Below are positions 51,456-64,000 of a DNA stretch of 64,000 bases, one piece after another. The notes beneath the pieces are model-generated. The model searched no databases. It was not told the origin of the DNA and saw only the letters and a list, made by a program, of their open reading frames with translations. The stretch is from Pedosphaera sp. Its GTDB lineage: Bacteria > Verrucomicrobiota > Verrucomicrobiia > Limisphaerales > JADLHS01. Numbering within the stretch: the first letter of the stretch is position 1; each line of letters begins with the position of its first letter. The translations under genes were made by a program, and so were the position numbers. The stretch covers positions 145-64,144 of the forward strand of contig SIBJ01000010.1 in NCBI GenBank assembly GCA_009695195.1. Reading direction: 5' to 3'.

Positions 51456-51494
51456 AGACCCCTTCCGCCACCGGCGGAAGGGGTTTTTGCTTTT
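51456..51494 (+). terminator. intrinsic terminator after porin
   Basis: ACCCCTTCCGCC-ACC-GGCGGAAGGGGT followed by a T run. Confidence 0.85.
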
Positions 51495-51535
51495 CGCTTT
51501 CAGTGAACCGGTCGTCTGTGTTAGGCCTCTTTCCC

Positions 51536-52231
51536 ATGCAACCCGAAATTCCGGCCCCCGGCTTCATCATCTGGGGCGTGGATCAAATTCCTTACGGCCC
51601 GGTGGAATTGCCAGTCCTCGTCGCCTGGATTCAGGACGAGCGGGTGCTGGCCGACACCTGGATTTTTGCGCAACGCGCCGCCATCTGGAAACGCGCCGCG
51701 GACATTCCCGAGTTGCAAATGTTTTTCCGCCGCAAATCCTCTCCCTCGGATGGTTCGCCTTCCGATCTACGGGCTGGCGTCCTGCGCCGCGTCAAAATCC
51801 TCGCCGACCTGACCGACGCCCAACTCGAGCGCTTCTCCAGTTCCATGGAGCAGGAGCAGATTCCGCAATGGACGCAGGTCGTGAAACAGGGTGACCCGGG
51901 CGACACGATGTTCCTGATCCTGGAAGGTGAACTCCGCGTCCGACTGGCGACCGGCGGCAAGGAAACCATTCTGGCCACGCTCGGTCCGGGAGATTTTTTT
52001 GGCGACCTCTCGCTGTTTGATCACGGCCCGCGTTCGGCGGATGTCATCGCCAATGTGGACAGCACCGTTTTGAAAATCTCCTCGGCTGGATTTGAAAAAC
52101 TGGCCAAGGATTCCCCGGAGGTTGCCTCCCCCTTTCTCCTCTCCACTATCAAAACCCTCGCGGCCCGGATCCGGGCGGACAACAAACGGCTGCGCGATTC
52201 CGTCAATTTCTCCAGCTTCGGCGGCCTTTGA
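51536..52231 (+). CDS. cyclic-nucleotide-binding domain protein with N-terminal GYF_2-like motif
   Basis: YGPV..L..W..W; VKQGDPGD, GDFFGDLSLFD..PRSADV; no HTH. Confidence 0.85.
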   Translation: MQPEIPAPGFIIWGVDQIPYGPVELPVLVAWIQDERVLADTWIFAQRAAIWKRAADIPELQMFFRRKSSPSDGSPSDLRAGVLRRVKILADLTDAQLERFSSSMEQEQIPQWTQVVKQGDPGDTMFLILEGELRVRLATGGKETILATLGPGDFFGDLSLFDHGPRSADVIANVDSTVLKISSAGFEKLAKDSPEVASPFLLSTIKTLAARIRADNKRLRDSVNFSSFGGL

Positions 52232-52254
52232 GCGCCCGCCCGCTCCGCACAATT

Positions 52255-52551
52255 TTAGTCGCCCAACAGATTCTTCAACTGTTCTCTCGCCTTTGCCTCG
52301 CGTGACTTTTCCAGCGCCGGCGGCACGAAAACCCGCCGCACCATCTCAAAGTATTCACAATAATTCGCCAGGTGTTTCTCGAGCACCGGCTCGGCCCGGC
52401 GGTCGCGGCACTGGTCAGCGACCGCTTTGTCATAACTCACGCAATTCAAACAGACCTTCAAATCGGCGCCGCACTTCTCGCACGATTCCGAACGCCCGGG
52501 GGTTCCGGACAATTTGTATTCTTCGCCGCACTTCCAGCAATGTCGGGTCAT
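52255..52551 (-). CDS. small Cys-rich (Zn/Fe-S) conserved hypothetical protein
   Basis: CWKC, CEKC, CLNC, C, ANYCEYF. Confidence 0.75.
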   Translation of the reverse strand: MTRHCWKCGEEYKLSGTPGRSESCEKCGADLKVCLNCVSYDKAVADQCRDRRAEPVLEKHLANYCEYFEMVRRVFVPPALEKSREAKAREQLKNLLGD

Positions 52552-52633
52552 GGCCGAACTCTACCAAATCTCAATTGTCCGCCAAGTTCATCCTGCCGCT
52601 TGCCCCGCCGCGTTGCGCCGCTAAACTCCCGGC

Positions 52634-53638
52634 GTGTCCTGGAACGTTCTCCTCACCGCGTCCGCGCTGGCGGAAACCGGCCGGGCGGCGCTGGAACTGC
52701 TCCGGCACGCCGGCTGCAAAATCACCCCGCCGGATTCCGCCGGGTCGTCCCCGCCCGGATCCCGGCTCGCGTTGTTGCCGGATTGTGACGCGGTGATCGC
52801 GGGCGTTGACAAATTTTCCGCCGCCGTGCTGGCCTCGCCGGCGGCCTCGCGTTTGAAAATCATTTCTCGTTGGGGGGTCGGTTTCGATTCCGTGGACGTT
52901 TCGGCCGCGACGCAAAACGGAATCGTCGTTTGCAACACGCCGGGGCTGCTCGACGAAGCGGTGGCGGATTATTCCTTTGCGTTGTTGCTGGCGCTGGCCC
53001 GACAGATTCACGCCGGCCACACGATCATGCAATCCGGTGACTGGAAACAATCGTGGGGTTGCGATGTTCACGGGAAGACGCTGGGCTTGATCGGTTGTGG
53101 CCGCATCGGCCGCGCGGTTGCCCGCCGCGCCGCTGGTTTCAACCTCCGCGTGCTGGCCGCTGATTCCAACGCCCGATCCGGTGCCGGCACATCGGCGATT
53201 CAATTCGTTTCCCTCGAAGAGTTGCTCGCGACGAGCGACTTCGTTTCCCTTCACGCCCCGCTCACGCCGGAGAATCGTGATCTCATCGGCGAAACCCAGT
53301 TGCGAAAAATGAAACCATCCGCCCTGTTCATCAATGCCGCGCGCGGGCCGCTGGTGGACGAGGCCGCCCTGGCCCGCGCGCTCCGCGAAGGCTGGATCGC
53401 TGGCGCGGCGCTGGATGTTTTTTGTCAGGAGCCGCTGCCGGCGGACCATCCGCTGCGCACTGCGCCGAATCTGCTCCTCACGCCGCACCAGGCCTCGTTC
53501 GCCCGCGACACGGGCGAACGCGTCAGCCGCGCCGCCGCGCAGGCGATTCTGGACCTGTTGCAAGGCCGCCGCCCGCAATTCGTCGTGAACCCGGAAGTCT
53601 TCGCTTCTCCGGCACTGCGCGTTCCCATTCCCGCATGA
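52634..53638 (+). CDS. D-2-hydroxyacid/phosphoglycerate dehydrogenase family protein
   Basis: RWGVGFD, GCGRIG, INAARG, LDVF..EP, TPH. Confidence 0.9.
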   Translation: MSWNVLLTASALAETGRAALELLRHAGCKITPPDSAGSSPPGSRLALLPDCDAVIAGVDKFSAAVLASPAASRLKIISRWGVGFDSVDVSAATQNGIVVCNTPGLLDEAVADYSFALLLALARQIHAGHTIMQSGDWKQSWGCDVHGKTLGLIGCGRIGRAVARRAAGFNLRVLAADSNARSGAGTSAIQFVSLEELLATSDFVSLHAPLTPENRDLIGETQLRKMKPSALFINAARGPLVDEAALARALREGWIAGAALDVFCQEPLPADHPLRTAPNLLLTPHQASFARDTGERVSRAAAQAILDLLQGRRPQFVVNPEVFASPALRVPIPA

Positions 53639-54591
53639 AAATCGTTGTGCTCGACGGCTTCACTTTGAATCCCGGCGATTTGAGCTGGGATGAATTGAAA
53701 GCTCTCGGTGACTGCGAAATCTTCGACCGCACACCGCCGGAGTTGGTGCTCGCCCGCTGCCGCGACGTGGAAATTATTCTCACCAACAAAACCGTGTTGA
53801 CCCGCGAACAACTCGCGCAATTGCCCCGGCTGAAATATATCGGCGTGCTCGCGACCGGCACCAACGTTGTGGACCTCGCCGCCGCGCACGAACGCGGCAT
53901 CGCCGTCACGAACGTTCCCGCCTATGGCACGCGCTCGGTCGCCCAAGCCACCTTCGCGCTGTTGCTGGAGCTCACCAACCGCGCGGGCGCTCACTCGCAA
54001 TCCGTTCGCGACGGCCATTGGTCGCGCGGTCCGGACTGGTGTTATTGGGAATTTCCCCTCGTCGAACTGGATGGCTTGACCATGGGAGTGATTGGCTTCG
54101 GCCGCATTGGTCGCGCGGTCGCGGAAATCGCGCACGCCTTCGGGATGCAAGTCATCGCCCACAGCGCTTCAGCCAAAACCGGCCCCGCGTTCGTCCGGTT
54201 CGTTGAATTGGAGACGCTTTTCAAAACCTGCGACGTCGTCAGCTTGCATTGCCCGCTGACTCCACAAACGAAGCAGATCGTGAACGCCGACCGCCTTCGT
54301 CAAATGAAACCGTCGGCCTTCCTGATCAACACCAGTCGCGGGCCGTTGGTGGACGAATCCGCGTTGGCCGACGCGCTCAACGCCGGTCAGATCGCGGGCG
54401 CGGGCCTGGATGTCTTGTCCGCTGAGCCGCCACCGGCGGAAAACCTATTGTTGAGCGCTAAAAACTGCATCATAACGCCGCACAACGCCTGGGGGACACG
54501 GGCAGCGCGTTTCCGTCTTTTGCACATGGCGGTCGAAAATCTCAAGGTTTTCATCTCCGGACGTCCTCAAAATGTCGTAAATCCCGCCTGA
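53635..54591 (+). CDS. D-2-hydroxyacid (glycerate/hydroxypyruvate) dehydrogenase
   Basis: MKIVVLDGFTLNPGD, GFGRIG, INTSRG, TPHNAW. Confidence 0.9.
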   Translation: MKIVVLDGFTLNPGDLSWDELKALGDCEIFDRTPPELVLARCRDVEIILTNKTVLTREQLAQLPRLKYIGVLATGTNVVDLAAAHERGIAVTNVPAYGTRSVAQATFALLLELTNRAGAHSQSVRDGHWSRGPDWCYWEFPLVELDGLTMGVIGFGRIGRAVAEIAHAFGMQVIAHSASAKTGPAFVRFVELETLFKTCDVVSLHCPLTPQTKQIVNADRLRQMKPSAFLINTSRGPLVDESALADALNAGQIAGAGLDVLSAEPPPAENLLLSAKNCIITPHNAWGTRAARFRLLHMAVENLKVFISGRPQNVVNPA

Positions 54592-54752
54592 CCGTTGTCC
54601 GAGGAAATACCTAGTACTCTCCGTTTGAATCCCACCTGAGAGCGGTTACTCTCTGTGCCGAAAGCTATGTTTTACGGCACCATCAACGACATACTTTTAC
54701 AAGTTTTGGACATCCGCCTTCCTTTTGACTCCGGCCTGCCGTTTTCCGGCGC

Positions 54753-56807
54753 GTGGTACGACGGCAGCTATCCAGCGAGGCGAAGAGCGACTTAAAGGTG
54801 GGAATCTCATCACAATCACGCGCGGCCCTTCCGGGTCGTAACCTGGCGCAGGCACTCAAACCCCGGTCAGGAGTTCTGTTCTGGACGATCATGCTCTTGG
54901 CGTCAGCGGCCATCGGCCGCGCCGCCCCGCAGATCACACCGCAAGCTTTTGTCCCCGGCCAGATTCTGGTGAAACCCAAAGTTCACATGAAGGATGCCGA
55001 CTTTGTGGCGTTGACGCGATCCCACGGCGCAACGGAAAAAAGCCGGCTTAAAGAAATCAACGTCCGTGTCCTCGCCGTTCCCGAAGCCAACGCCGACCGC
55101 GTCCTCACCGCACTTAGCCACAACCCCAACATCGAATTCGCCGAGCGCGACTTCATCGCCAGTCCCGCTTTTACTCCGAACGACACCTACGTCCAGTCCG
55201 GCGAGGAATGGCACCTGGCGAAGATTCAAGCGCCGCAGGCGTGGGACCTGGCGACGGGCCGCACGAATGTCGTCATTGCCATTCTCGATTCAGGAGTTCA
55301 AACCACGCACCCCGACCTCGCGGCGCGACTTCTCCAAGGCTACAACTACGTCGCGAACAACAACAATTCCGCCGACGACAACGGCCACGGCACCGCTGTG
55401 ACCGGGGCCGCCGCCGCCATCGGCAACAACGGCGTCGGCGTGGCGGGCGTCGGTTACGGTTGCACCATCCTGCCCGTGAAAGTTTCCGACGCCACGGGCT
55501 ACGCGGCCTACTCGACGATCGCTTCCGGCATCAACTACGCCGCCAACCAGGGCGCGCGCGTCGTCAACATCAGCATCGCCGGCACGACGTCCTCCAGCAC
55601 GTTGCAGAACGCGGTGAACTACGCGTGGGCGCACAACGTCGTCATCGTCTGCGCCGCCGGCAACAGCGGCAACTCCTCGCCCATGTATCCCGCCGCGTGC
55701 GCGAACGCGCTGGCCGTCTCCGCCACCGAACCCAACGACACGCTCTCGACTTTCTCCAGTTACGGCAGCCACCTCGCCGTCGCGGCCCCGGGCAACATCA
55801 TCTGGACCACCCAAAACGATTCGACCTATCCCTACGGCGGCTGGTGGGGAACCTCGTTGGCCAGCCCGGTCGTAGCGGGCCTCGCCGGTCTCATCGCCTC
55901 CGCCAACCTCTCGCTCTCCAACACCCAGATCGTCGCCCTCATCAAGACCAACGCCGACGACCTCGGCGCGCCGGGCTTCGACTCCTCGTTCGGCTGGGGC
56001 CGCATCAACGCCCGCCGCGCCGTGGCCGCGGCCATCGGCGGCGACACCGTTCCCCCTTCGACCACCATCGCCTCGCCAGGAATGAGCAATCTGCTTTCGG
56101 GCACGGTTTCCGTTCAGGTGAATTCGTCGGACAACATCGGCGTCACGCGCGTCGAGTGTTACGCCAACAACATTCCCCTCGGCACGAACGCGGGCACGAC
56201 GGCGCAGTTTCCGTGGAGTACGTTCGGCAATTCCAACGGCACCTACCAGTTGCAATCCCGCGCCTACGACGCCGCGGGCAACGCCGGCGCGTCGCTCGCC
56301 GTCACGGTGGTGGTGTCGAACACCGCGCCCGTCATCACTTCACAACCGGCCAGCCTCACGGTCTGGGCCGGCAACGCCGCGACGTTCTCGGTGTCCGCCG
56401 GCGGCACGGCACCACTCGGCTATCAGTGGAAATTCAACAACGCACCCATCGCCGGCGCGACGGCCAGTTCTTTCACGCGAACGCCGACGTTAACCAGTCA
56501 CGCCGGGAATTATTCGGTGGTCGTGAGCAATGCGATCGGGAGCGTGACCAGTTCAACGGCAGTGTTGACCGTGAATGTGGTGCCCGCGCCGCAGTTGTTG
56601 CCGCTGACGCTCGCCGCCGGCAATCAGGTGACGGTGAAGTGGAGCGCGGTCAGCGGGCGCAGCTATCGCGTGCAATTCAATTCTTCAGTGGGTGGCGCTT
56701 GGACTTCGCTCTCGCCCGACGTTTTGGTGAACGGCTCGGTCGGATCCAAAATTGATTCCACCGGCGGCGCGGCGCAACGGTTCTATCGCGTGATTCTTCT
56801 CCCGTAG
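54753..56807 (+). CDS. secreted S8 subtilisin-like protease with Ig-like and C-terminal FYR domains (true start probably downstream)
   Basis: catalytic triad motifs ILDSG, HGT, GTSLASP; Ig-like tail; ends RFYRVILLP. Confidence 0.9.
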   Translation: MVRRQLSSEAKSDLKVGISSQSRAALPGRNLAQALKPRSGVLFWTIMLLASAAIGRAAPQITPQAFVPGQILVKPKVHMKDADFVALTRSHGATEKSRLKEINVRVLAVPEANADRVLTALSHNPNIEFAERDFIASPAFTPNDTYVQSGEEWHLAKIQAPQAWDLATGRTNVVIAILDSGVQTTHPDLAARLLQGYNYVANNNNSADDNGHGTAVTGAAAAIGNNGVGVAGVGYGCTILPVKVSDATGYAAYSTIASGINYAANQGARVVNISIAGTTSSSTLQNAVNYAWAHNVVIVCAAGNSGNSSPMYPAACANALAVSATEPNDTLSTFSSYGSHLAVAAPGNIIWTTQNDSTYPYGGWWGTSLASPVVAGLAGLIASANLSLSNTQIVALIKTNADDLGAPGFDSSFGWGRINARRAVAAAIGGDTVPPSTTIASPGMSNLLSGTVSVQVNSSDNIGVTRVECYANNIPLGTNAGTTAQFPWSTFGNSNGTYQLQSRAYDAAGNAGASLAVTVVVSNTAPVITSQPASLTVWAGNAATFSVSAGGTAPLGYQWKFNNAPIAGATASSFTRTPTLTSHAGNYSVVVSNAIGSVTSSTAVLTVNVVPAPQLLPLTLAAGNQVTVKWSAVSGRSYRVQFNSSVGGAWTSLSPDVLVNGSVGSKIDSTGGAAQRFYRVILLP

Positions 56808-56813
56808 CGGCGC

Positions 56814-58388
56814 TCAAGCCCAGTAACGTGGCTCGATGTTCGAAAATAAATTGTCGCGCCCCTCGACTTCCCGCAGCCATTTCTCGTCCACGCGCTTCTT
56901 CTTCAACTGCCCGTAGAGCGTGAGGAAACGGAGCAGATGATCCTTCACCCGCTGGCGCGCGTAATCCGGACTGGTGCCCGTGCGCAGGATGAACGGCCAG
57001 TCGGACGATTGCGCCAGCAACAGTTCGCGCGCGGCCTGCTTGAGCGCACGCCGCACCAGCGCCGGCGGATTCACGAAGCTCCGCGCCAGTTCCGTCATCC
57101 GCTCCTGCGCGATCTGCAGATGCGGATAAATCCATTCGTTCTTCTCGTTGAGCCAGACGCGATAGTAACCCTCCTCGCCCCAGCTCGACGCCGCGGGCTT
57201 CACCACTTGATTCGTCGGTTGCAGCCGCAGGTAATCTTCCGGCGTGATCAGCGTAAAACTTTTCTGATCGAAGTACGCCTTCCGCACAAAATAATCGAGG
57301 AACTCCGGCCCTTCATACCACCAGTGCCCGAACAGCTCCGCGTCGTAGGGCGACAACACCAACGGTGGACGATCCAGAATCCGTCCCAGTTTTTCAAACT
57401 GCGCGAGCCGCGCATTCAGAAAATGTCCCGCGTGTTCCGCCGCCGCTTGCAACGCCGTCGCGCGGTGATACGGATGCTTCTCCGTCGCGCCGCCCGTTAT
57501 GCGAAAATATTTCAGGCCGGTGAAGCCGCGATGGTCAGGCGACGGCAGGTGGCGCTTCACGTAATCGAAATCGAGATCGAACCCAATGTCGCGGTAGAAA
57601 TCGCGATAGCGCCCGTCGCCGGGATAACCCTCGTGCTTGCTCCAGACCTGCCGCGAGGATTCGAGGTCGCGCCCGAACGCGGCGATGCCGTTGGGCGTGA
57701 ACACCGGCGCGAACACGCCGTAGCGCGGGCGCGGTTGCGCATGCAACAATCCGTGCGTGTCCATGATGAACCAGCGGAGATTCGCCTCCTGCAAATACTT
57801 TTCCACGCCCTCGAAGTACGCGCACTCCGGCAGCCAGATGCCGCGCGGGTCGCAACCGAAACAACTGCGATAATGATCGCGCGCGGTGAGGATTTGCGCG
57901 CGCACCGTCGGCGGATGACTTGCGAACAGCGGCAACAATGCGTGCGTGGCGGCGGTCGTGATGATTTCCAACTGGCCGAGGTCTTGAAACTTTCGGAACG
58001 CGGCGACGAGATTCCGCCCGTAGCCGTGCCAGGCATCGCGGACCGTGGTGAACCGGTGATGATACATCCATGCGAGTTCGTGGTAGGCGCGATCCCAGTG
58101 CGTGCGGTGGATTTCTTTTTCCGCAAGTTCGATCAGCCCGTGGAGATGCCGGTCGTACCGGTCCTGCAACAACGGATCGAGCAGCATCGCGCAAAGCGTC
58201 GGCGAAAGCGTGAGCGTCAGCCGCGTCGCCATCCGGTCGCGCCGCCAGCCTTCCATGATTTGCAGCAGCGGCAGGTAGGTCTCGGTGATGGCTTCGAAGA
58301 GCCAGGTTTCCTCGAGAAACTTTTCTTGCTCCGGATGCCGCACGAACGGCAGGTGCGCGTGCAGGACGAGTGAGAGGTAACCGGGCAT
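56814..58388 (-). CDS. GH57 1,4-alpha-glucan branching enzyme (DUF1957)
   Basis: LHAHLPFV, WLPECAY, YDAELFGHWWYEG, LAQSSDWPFI. Confidence 0.93.
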   Translation of the reverse strand: MPGYLSLVLHAHLPFVRHPEQEKFLEETWLFEAITETYLPLLQIMEGWRRDRMATRLTLTLSPTLCAMLLDPLLQDRYDRHLHGLIELAEKEIHRTHWDRAYHELAWMYHHRFTTVRDAWHGYGRNLVAAFRKFQDLGQLEIITTAATHALLPLFASHPPTVRAQILTARDHYRSCFGCDPRGIWLPECAYFEGVEKYLQEANLRWFIMDTHGLLHAQPRPRYGVFAPVFTPNGIAAFGRDLESSRQVWSKHEGYPGDGRYRDFYRDIGFDLDFDYVKRHLPSPDHRGFTGLKYFRITGGATEKHPYHRATALQAAAEHAGHFLNARLAQFEKLGRILDRPPLVLSPYDAELFGHWWYEGPEFLDYFVRKAYFDQKSFTLITPEDYLRLQPTNQVVKPAASSWGEEGYYRVWLNEKNEWIYPHLQIAQERMTELARSFVNPPALVRRALKQAARELLLAQSSDWPFILRTGTSPDYARQRVKDHLLRFLTLYGQLKKKRVDEKWLREVEGRDNLFSNIEPRYWA

Positions 58389-58443
58389 GGTCAGCAGGTC
58401 GTAATGAAAGAGTTAAGCTCAGGAATGGTGCCGCACTTCATCG

Positions 58444-58872
58444 TCATGCGGACGCAGCACGTCTGTCGAAAATTGTTTTAACCGAAGGTCGCGACAAGAC
58501 GACGAGGGTGAACACTCCCAACACGGTGCCCAGGGGCACGGACAAACAGATGAGCGCTGCCATCACCATGCAGAACATGTGGCGCTTGTGATGTGAAAGT
58601 GATCTTCCCGCGAAAATCCACAGCGACCCAAGCCCGATGCCGATCACCGTGAAAACCGCCCCCATGGCGGCAAAGAACAATCCAAAGAACGCAGGCGGAA
58701 GGCTGTCGCTTCTGTGGGAAGTAGCGGCAGCACCCATCATGATCAAGCCGATGAAAACGTACAAAATCCCCAGGCATGACATCAGCGCGGTGAAGCCACC
58801 GAACACGTAGTAGCCGATGCCCAGCAGGCGGAGGTGTTCTTCGTCCCGGTTGATAAGAACAGGCTCAGACAT
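58444..58872 (-). CDS. small membrane protein
   Basis: three to four hydrophobic segments; HLRLL, PLGTVLGVFTLVVLSRPSV. Confidence 0.7.
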   Translation of the reverse strand: MSEPVLINRDEEHLRLLGIGYYVFGGFTALMSCLGILYVFIGLIMMGAAATSHRSDSLPPAFFGLFFAAMGAVFTVIGIGLGSLWIFAGRSLSHHKRHMFCMVMAALICLSVPLGTVLGVFTLVVLSRPSVKTIFDRRAASA

Positions 58873-60175
58873 TGTCAGGCGTCGGCGGATTGAGCGCGGG
58901 GTCCTGCGGGTGCGCGCCCACTTCGCCGAGGTATTCGGTCGTGCGCGTGAATTTCAACTCCGCCGCCCGCCCGTCGGTTTCGTCCGCCGAGATCGCCACC
59001 ATTGGCAAATCATATTTCCCGTCCGGCAGCGCAAAACGATAACTGAACGAACCGTCCGCGCGCAGTTTGATTCTTCGACCGCCGATGGTGACCGTGGCAT
59101 CGCGTTCGGTTGCGCCGTAGATGATGAGTTCGGCGTTCACGTTGAACCAAAATCCCTTGCCCGGGTGGCGCTCGCCGCCGAACGGACTAGACTCGCTCCC
59201 GACCGCGACCGCCGGCGAGGTGGGCCGGCTCAATTCCGCCGCGCCGATCGAAGCGAGTTCGCGCTCGAACTGGCGTCGGATCAGTTCGGTGATTTCCAAA
59301 GACCCCATCCAGACCCGTCGCACTTGATCCAGGCTGACGATCTCCGCCAGCGCGCGTTCCTGTTCCGGCGTCCACGGCGCGGATGCGGACGCAGCGACGC
59401 GCACGGGCGGCAAGCCGGGATGCCCTTCGCGCCGCAACTCCTCGAGCGCCCGCGCGAGCGGCTGGTTTTCGCGCACCGCTTCCTTAACGAAGGCGAGCAA
59501 AACTTCAAACGGCACGTCCGCCGGCAGCGTGGCGAATTCCACCGCCGCGTCGTCCGAGATGGTTTCCGCCGGCGTGATGGTCGCGCTGGAAACGGCGATG
59601 CTTTTCCATTTACGGCCCTTGCCGTAGTAGCCGACCTCGGCCGAGTACTTCGCGCCCGCGCTTTCGACGTGAACGAACCAGTGGCGCGACTCGGGGTGAA
59701 CATGGGCTTCCAAAACCGAACCGCCCGCCGCTTCGGCGACGCGCAAAATCAAATGTCCGTCCAGCGACTGCTGATTGCACCGCGCCTGCTGTTCGCGCGT
59801 GAGGTCCCAGTTCGCGTAGAGCCAGTGCGGGTCGCGCGCGGTGAGGAACAGGCGTTTCGTGCCGTAGGCTTCCGGCAAATCGGCGGCCACTTCAAATTCC
59901 TGTACCGGCGGCGTGGGGCCGAGCGCAAATTTTTCTCCCGGCCCGCTGACCGGCGACGGCGAGGGAAAATCTCCTTCCAGCAGGATCGCGGGAATCTTCA
60001 CCGCCTTTGCGCGGCGGACGGTTTTTTTTGCGGGCGCGACCGTTCCGACCGGGGCCGCCCGGGCCACGGTCTTCCGGGCGGGCGCGGTTTTTTTCTTCGC
60101 CGTTTTTGTCCGGGCCGGAGCCGGCCGGCGGACGGGAGTTTTTTTTGTTTTGGCGGCGGGTTTCCGGGCTTTCAT
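58865..60175 (-). CDS. DUF4912 domain protein with K/A-rich N-terminal tail
   Basis: LPEAYG..LTARDPHWLYANWD; FWFNVNAELIIYGATE; near the GH57 gene. Confidence 0.85.
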   Translation of the reverse strand: MKARKPAAKTKKTPVRRPAPARTKTAKKKTAPARKTVARAAPVGTVAPAKKTVRRAKAVKIPAILLEGDFPSPSPVSGPGEKFALGPTPPVQEFEVAADLPEAYGTKRLFLTARDPHWLYANWDLTREQQARCNQQSLDGHLILRVAEAAGGSVLEAHVHPESRHWFVHVESAGAKYSAEVGYYGKGRKWKSIAVSSATITPAETISDDAAVEFATLPADVPFEVLLAFVKEAVRENQPLARALEELRREGHPGLPPVRVAASASAPWTPEQERALAEIVSLDQVRRVWMGSLEITELIRRQFERELASIGAAELSRPTSPAVAVGSESSPFGGERHPGKGFWFNVNAELIIYGATERDATVTIGGRRIKLRADGSFSYRFALPDGKYDLPMVAISADETDGRAAELKFTRTTEYLGEVGAHPQDPALNPPTPDNV

Positions 60176-60339
60176 GGTCGCGCCTCTGTTGTTGTCATCT
60201 CGCTTGGTCTTTCAGCCTGCGAGACTACGGCGGGCCGCACGGGGGCGCAACGGGATTTTGGCCCGGTTGGCGGTGAATCAGGTGAACAAAGTCGGCTTGC
60301 CAGCGGCGGCGCGCGCGCGATAATCCCCCGCAGAAAACC

Positions 60340-60747
60340 ATGAACGAGCCGACCACCCATCCCGCCACGAACGGCGCTGATTCCCGCCCGGTTGTTTTCG
60401 TCGTGGACGACGAGCCGATGTTGCTGGAGTTGAACACGGTGATCCTCGAGCCGATGGGTTTTCGCGTGCGGTCGTTTCGCGACCCGGATACCGCCGTACG
60501 GGCGTTCTCGCTCTCCAGCCCACGGCCCGTCCTCATCGTCACCGACTACGCCATGCATACCATGAACGGTTTGGATTTGATAACCGCGTGCCGCCGCGTC
60601 GCGCCCAGCCAGAAAATCATCATGGTCAGCGGCACCGTGGATGAAACCATTTTCCGGACGGCAGCGGAAAAACCCAACCGCTTCCTCGCCAAACCGTACC
60701 AAAGCAAACAACTCACCGACCTCGTCCGCGCCGTGCTCGACGAATGA
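60340..60747 (+). CDS. single-domain response regulator
   Basis: VVDDE, VTDYAM, NGLDL, KP. Confidence 0.88.
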   Translation: MNEPTTHPATNGADSRPVVFVVDDEPMLLELNTVILEPMGFRVRSFRDPDTAVRAFSLSSPRPVLIVTDYAMHTMNGLDLITACRRVAPSQKIIMVSGTVDETIFRTAAEKPNRFLAKPYQSKQLTDLVRAVLDE

Positions 60748-60791
60748 TTTTTGCTCGCCGCGCGGCGCGGGGTCGTGCTTAATTCTGCATT

Positions 60792-61556
60792 ATGAAAAAA
60801 ATTCTCATCCGCATCGCCATCGTGCTCGTGGTCCTCGTGGTGCTGGCCGTGTTGGCCGTGGCCCTCTTCCTCGATGGCGCGATCAAGAAAGCCGTGGAAT
60901 CCGTCGGCCCGCAGATCGCCAAGGTGGAGGTCAAACTCGACAGCGTGAATCTCTCGCTGCTCTCCGGCTCGGGAAAAATCAAGGGCCTCGTGCTTGGCAA
61001 TCCCGAAGGTTTCAAATCGCCCCATGCCATCAGCGTCGGCCTGACGGCGGTTTCGGTCAGCCCCGGCTCGTTGTTGTCCGACAAGGTCGTCGTGAAAAGC
61101 ATCCGCATTGAAGCGCCGGAAATCGTTTACGAAATTGACAGCCACGGCAGCGCCAATCTCAAGCGCATCCAGGCCAACGCTTCCTCCGGCTCGCTGCCAG
61201 CCACCAACACCCCTGCCGCCACCGCCAAAGCCAGCAAGAAACTTCAGGTGGACGACTTCGTCATCACCGGCGGCAAGGTCACGCTCGCCACCTCGCTGCT
61301 CGGCGGCAAAAGTTTCACCGCTCCGCTGCCGGACATTCATTTTTCAAATCTCGGCACCGGACCGGAGGGCATCACGGCGGGCGAACTCACCAAGCGCATC
61401 CTGTCCGAGATCACTCAGGAAAGCTTGAAGGTGGCGGAGAAAATGGCCGGCGAAGCGGCCAAAGGCGCCGTGGACGCGGCTTCGAAGGCCGCCACTGAAA
61501 CCCTCGGCAAAGGCACAAAAGTCTTCGGCGATTTGCTCAACAAAAATAAGAAATAG
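60792..61556 (+). CDS. AsmA/DUF748-like membrane-anchored protein
   Basis: N-terminal TM, LGNPEGF, SANLKRI, LPDIH. Confidence 0.7.
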   Translation: MKKILIRIAIVLVVLVVLAVLAVALFLDGAIKKAVESVGPQIAKVEVKLDSVNLSLLSGSGKIKGLVLGNPEGFKSPHAISVGLTAVSVSPGSLLSDKVVVKSIRIEAPEIVYEIDSHGSANLKRIQANASSGSLPATNTPAATAKASKKLQVDDFVITGGKVTLATSLLGGKSFTAPLPDIHFSNLGTGPEGITAGELTKRILSEITQESLKVAEKMAGEAAKGAVDAASKAATETLGKGTKVFGDLLNKNKK

Positions 61557-61615
61557 AAACCTTCCTTGCGTTTCCCGCGCCACGACGAGCGCCGGCTGCT
61601 TTGCCGACGCTTTTT

Positions 61616-64000
<2,385 letters not shown>

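Overview
High-GC bacterial chromosomal window, probably Verrucomicrobiota of a Pedosphaera/Limisphaerales-like lineage (inferred from gene families and repeat styles). The housekeeping backbone includes dus, tRNA-Arg(UCU), hemL, uvrC, pyrE, dnaK-groES-groEL, gap, a pilC-like gene, a GH57 branching enzyme and ligA. Many signal-peptide proteins are interspersed, including a 13.7-kb operon of three giant secreted proteins. Most notable: (1) a ~265-aa insert with an apparently intact protein-kinase-like domain inside the Zn finger of LigA; (2) a single-gene 6x Zn-ribbon + SF2 helicase + Rrp8-like methyltransferase fusion enclosed by the two inverted arms of a REP-like element, next to dinD; (3) a shared ~70-aa C-terminal '...W...FYR' domain on five unrelated secreted proteins; (4) a cassette-like array between dnaK and groES punctuated by three copies of one hairpin; (5) palindromic and short tandem repeats translated in-frame inside hemL, uvrC and ligA, and encoding two signal peptides. 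No CRISPR array, rRNA, integrase or transposase was seen. All family assignments come from motif recognition by eye, not database searches.
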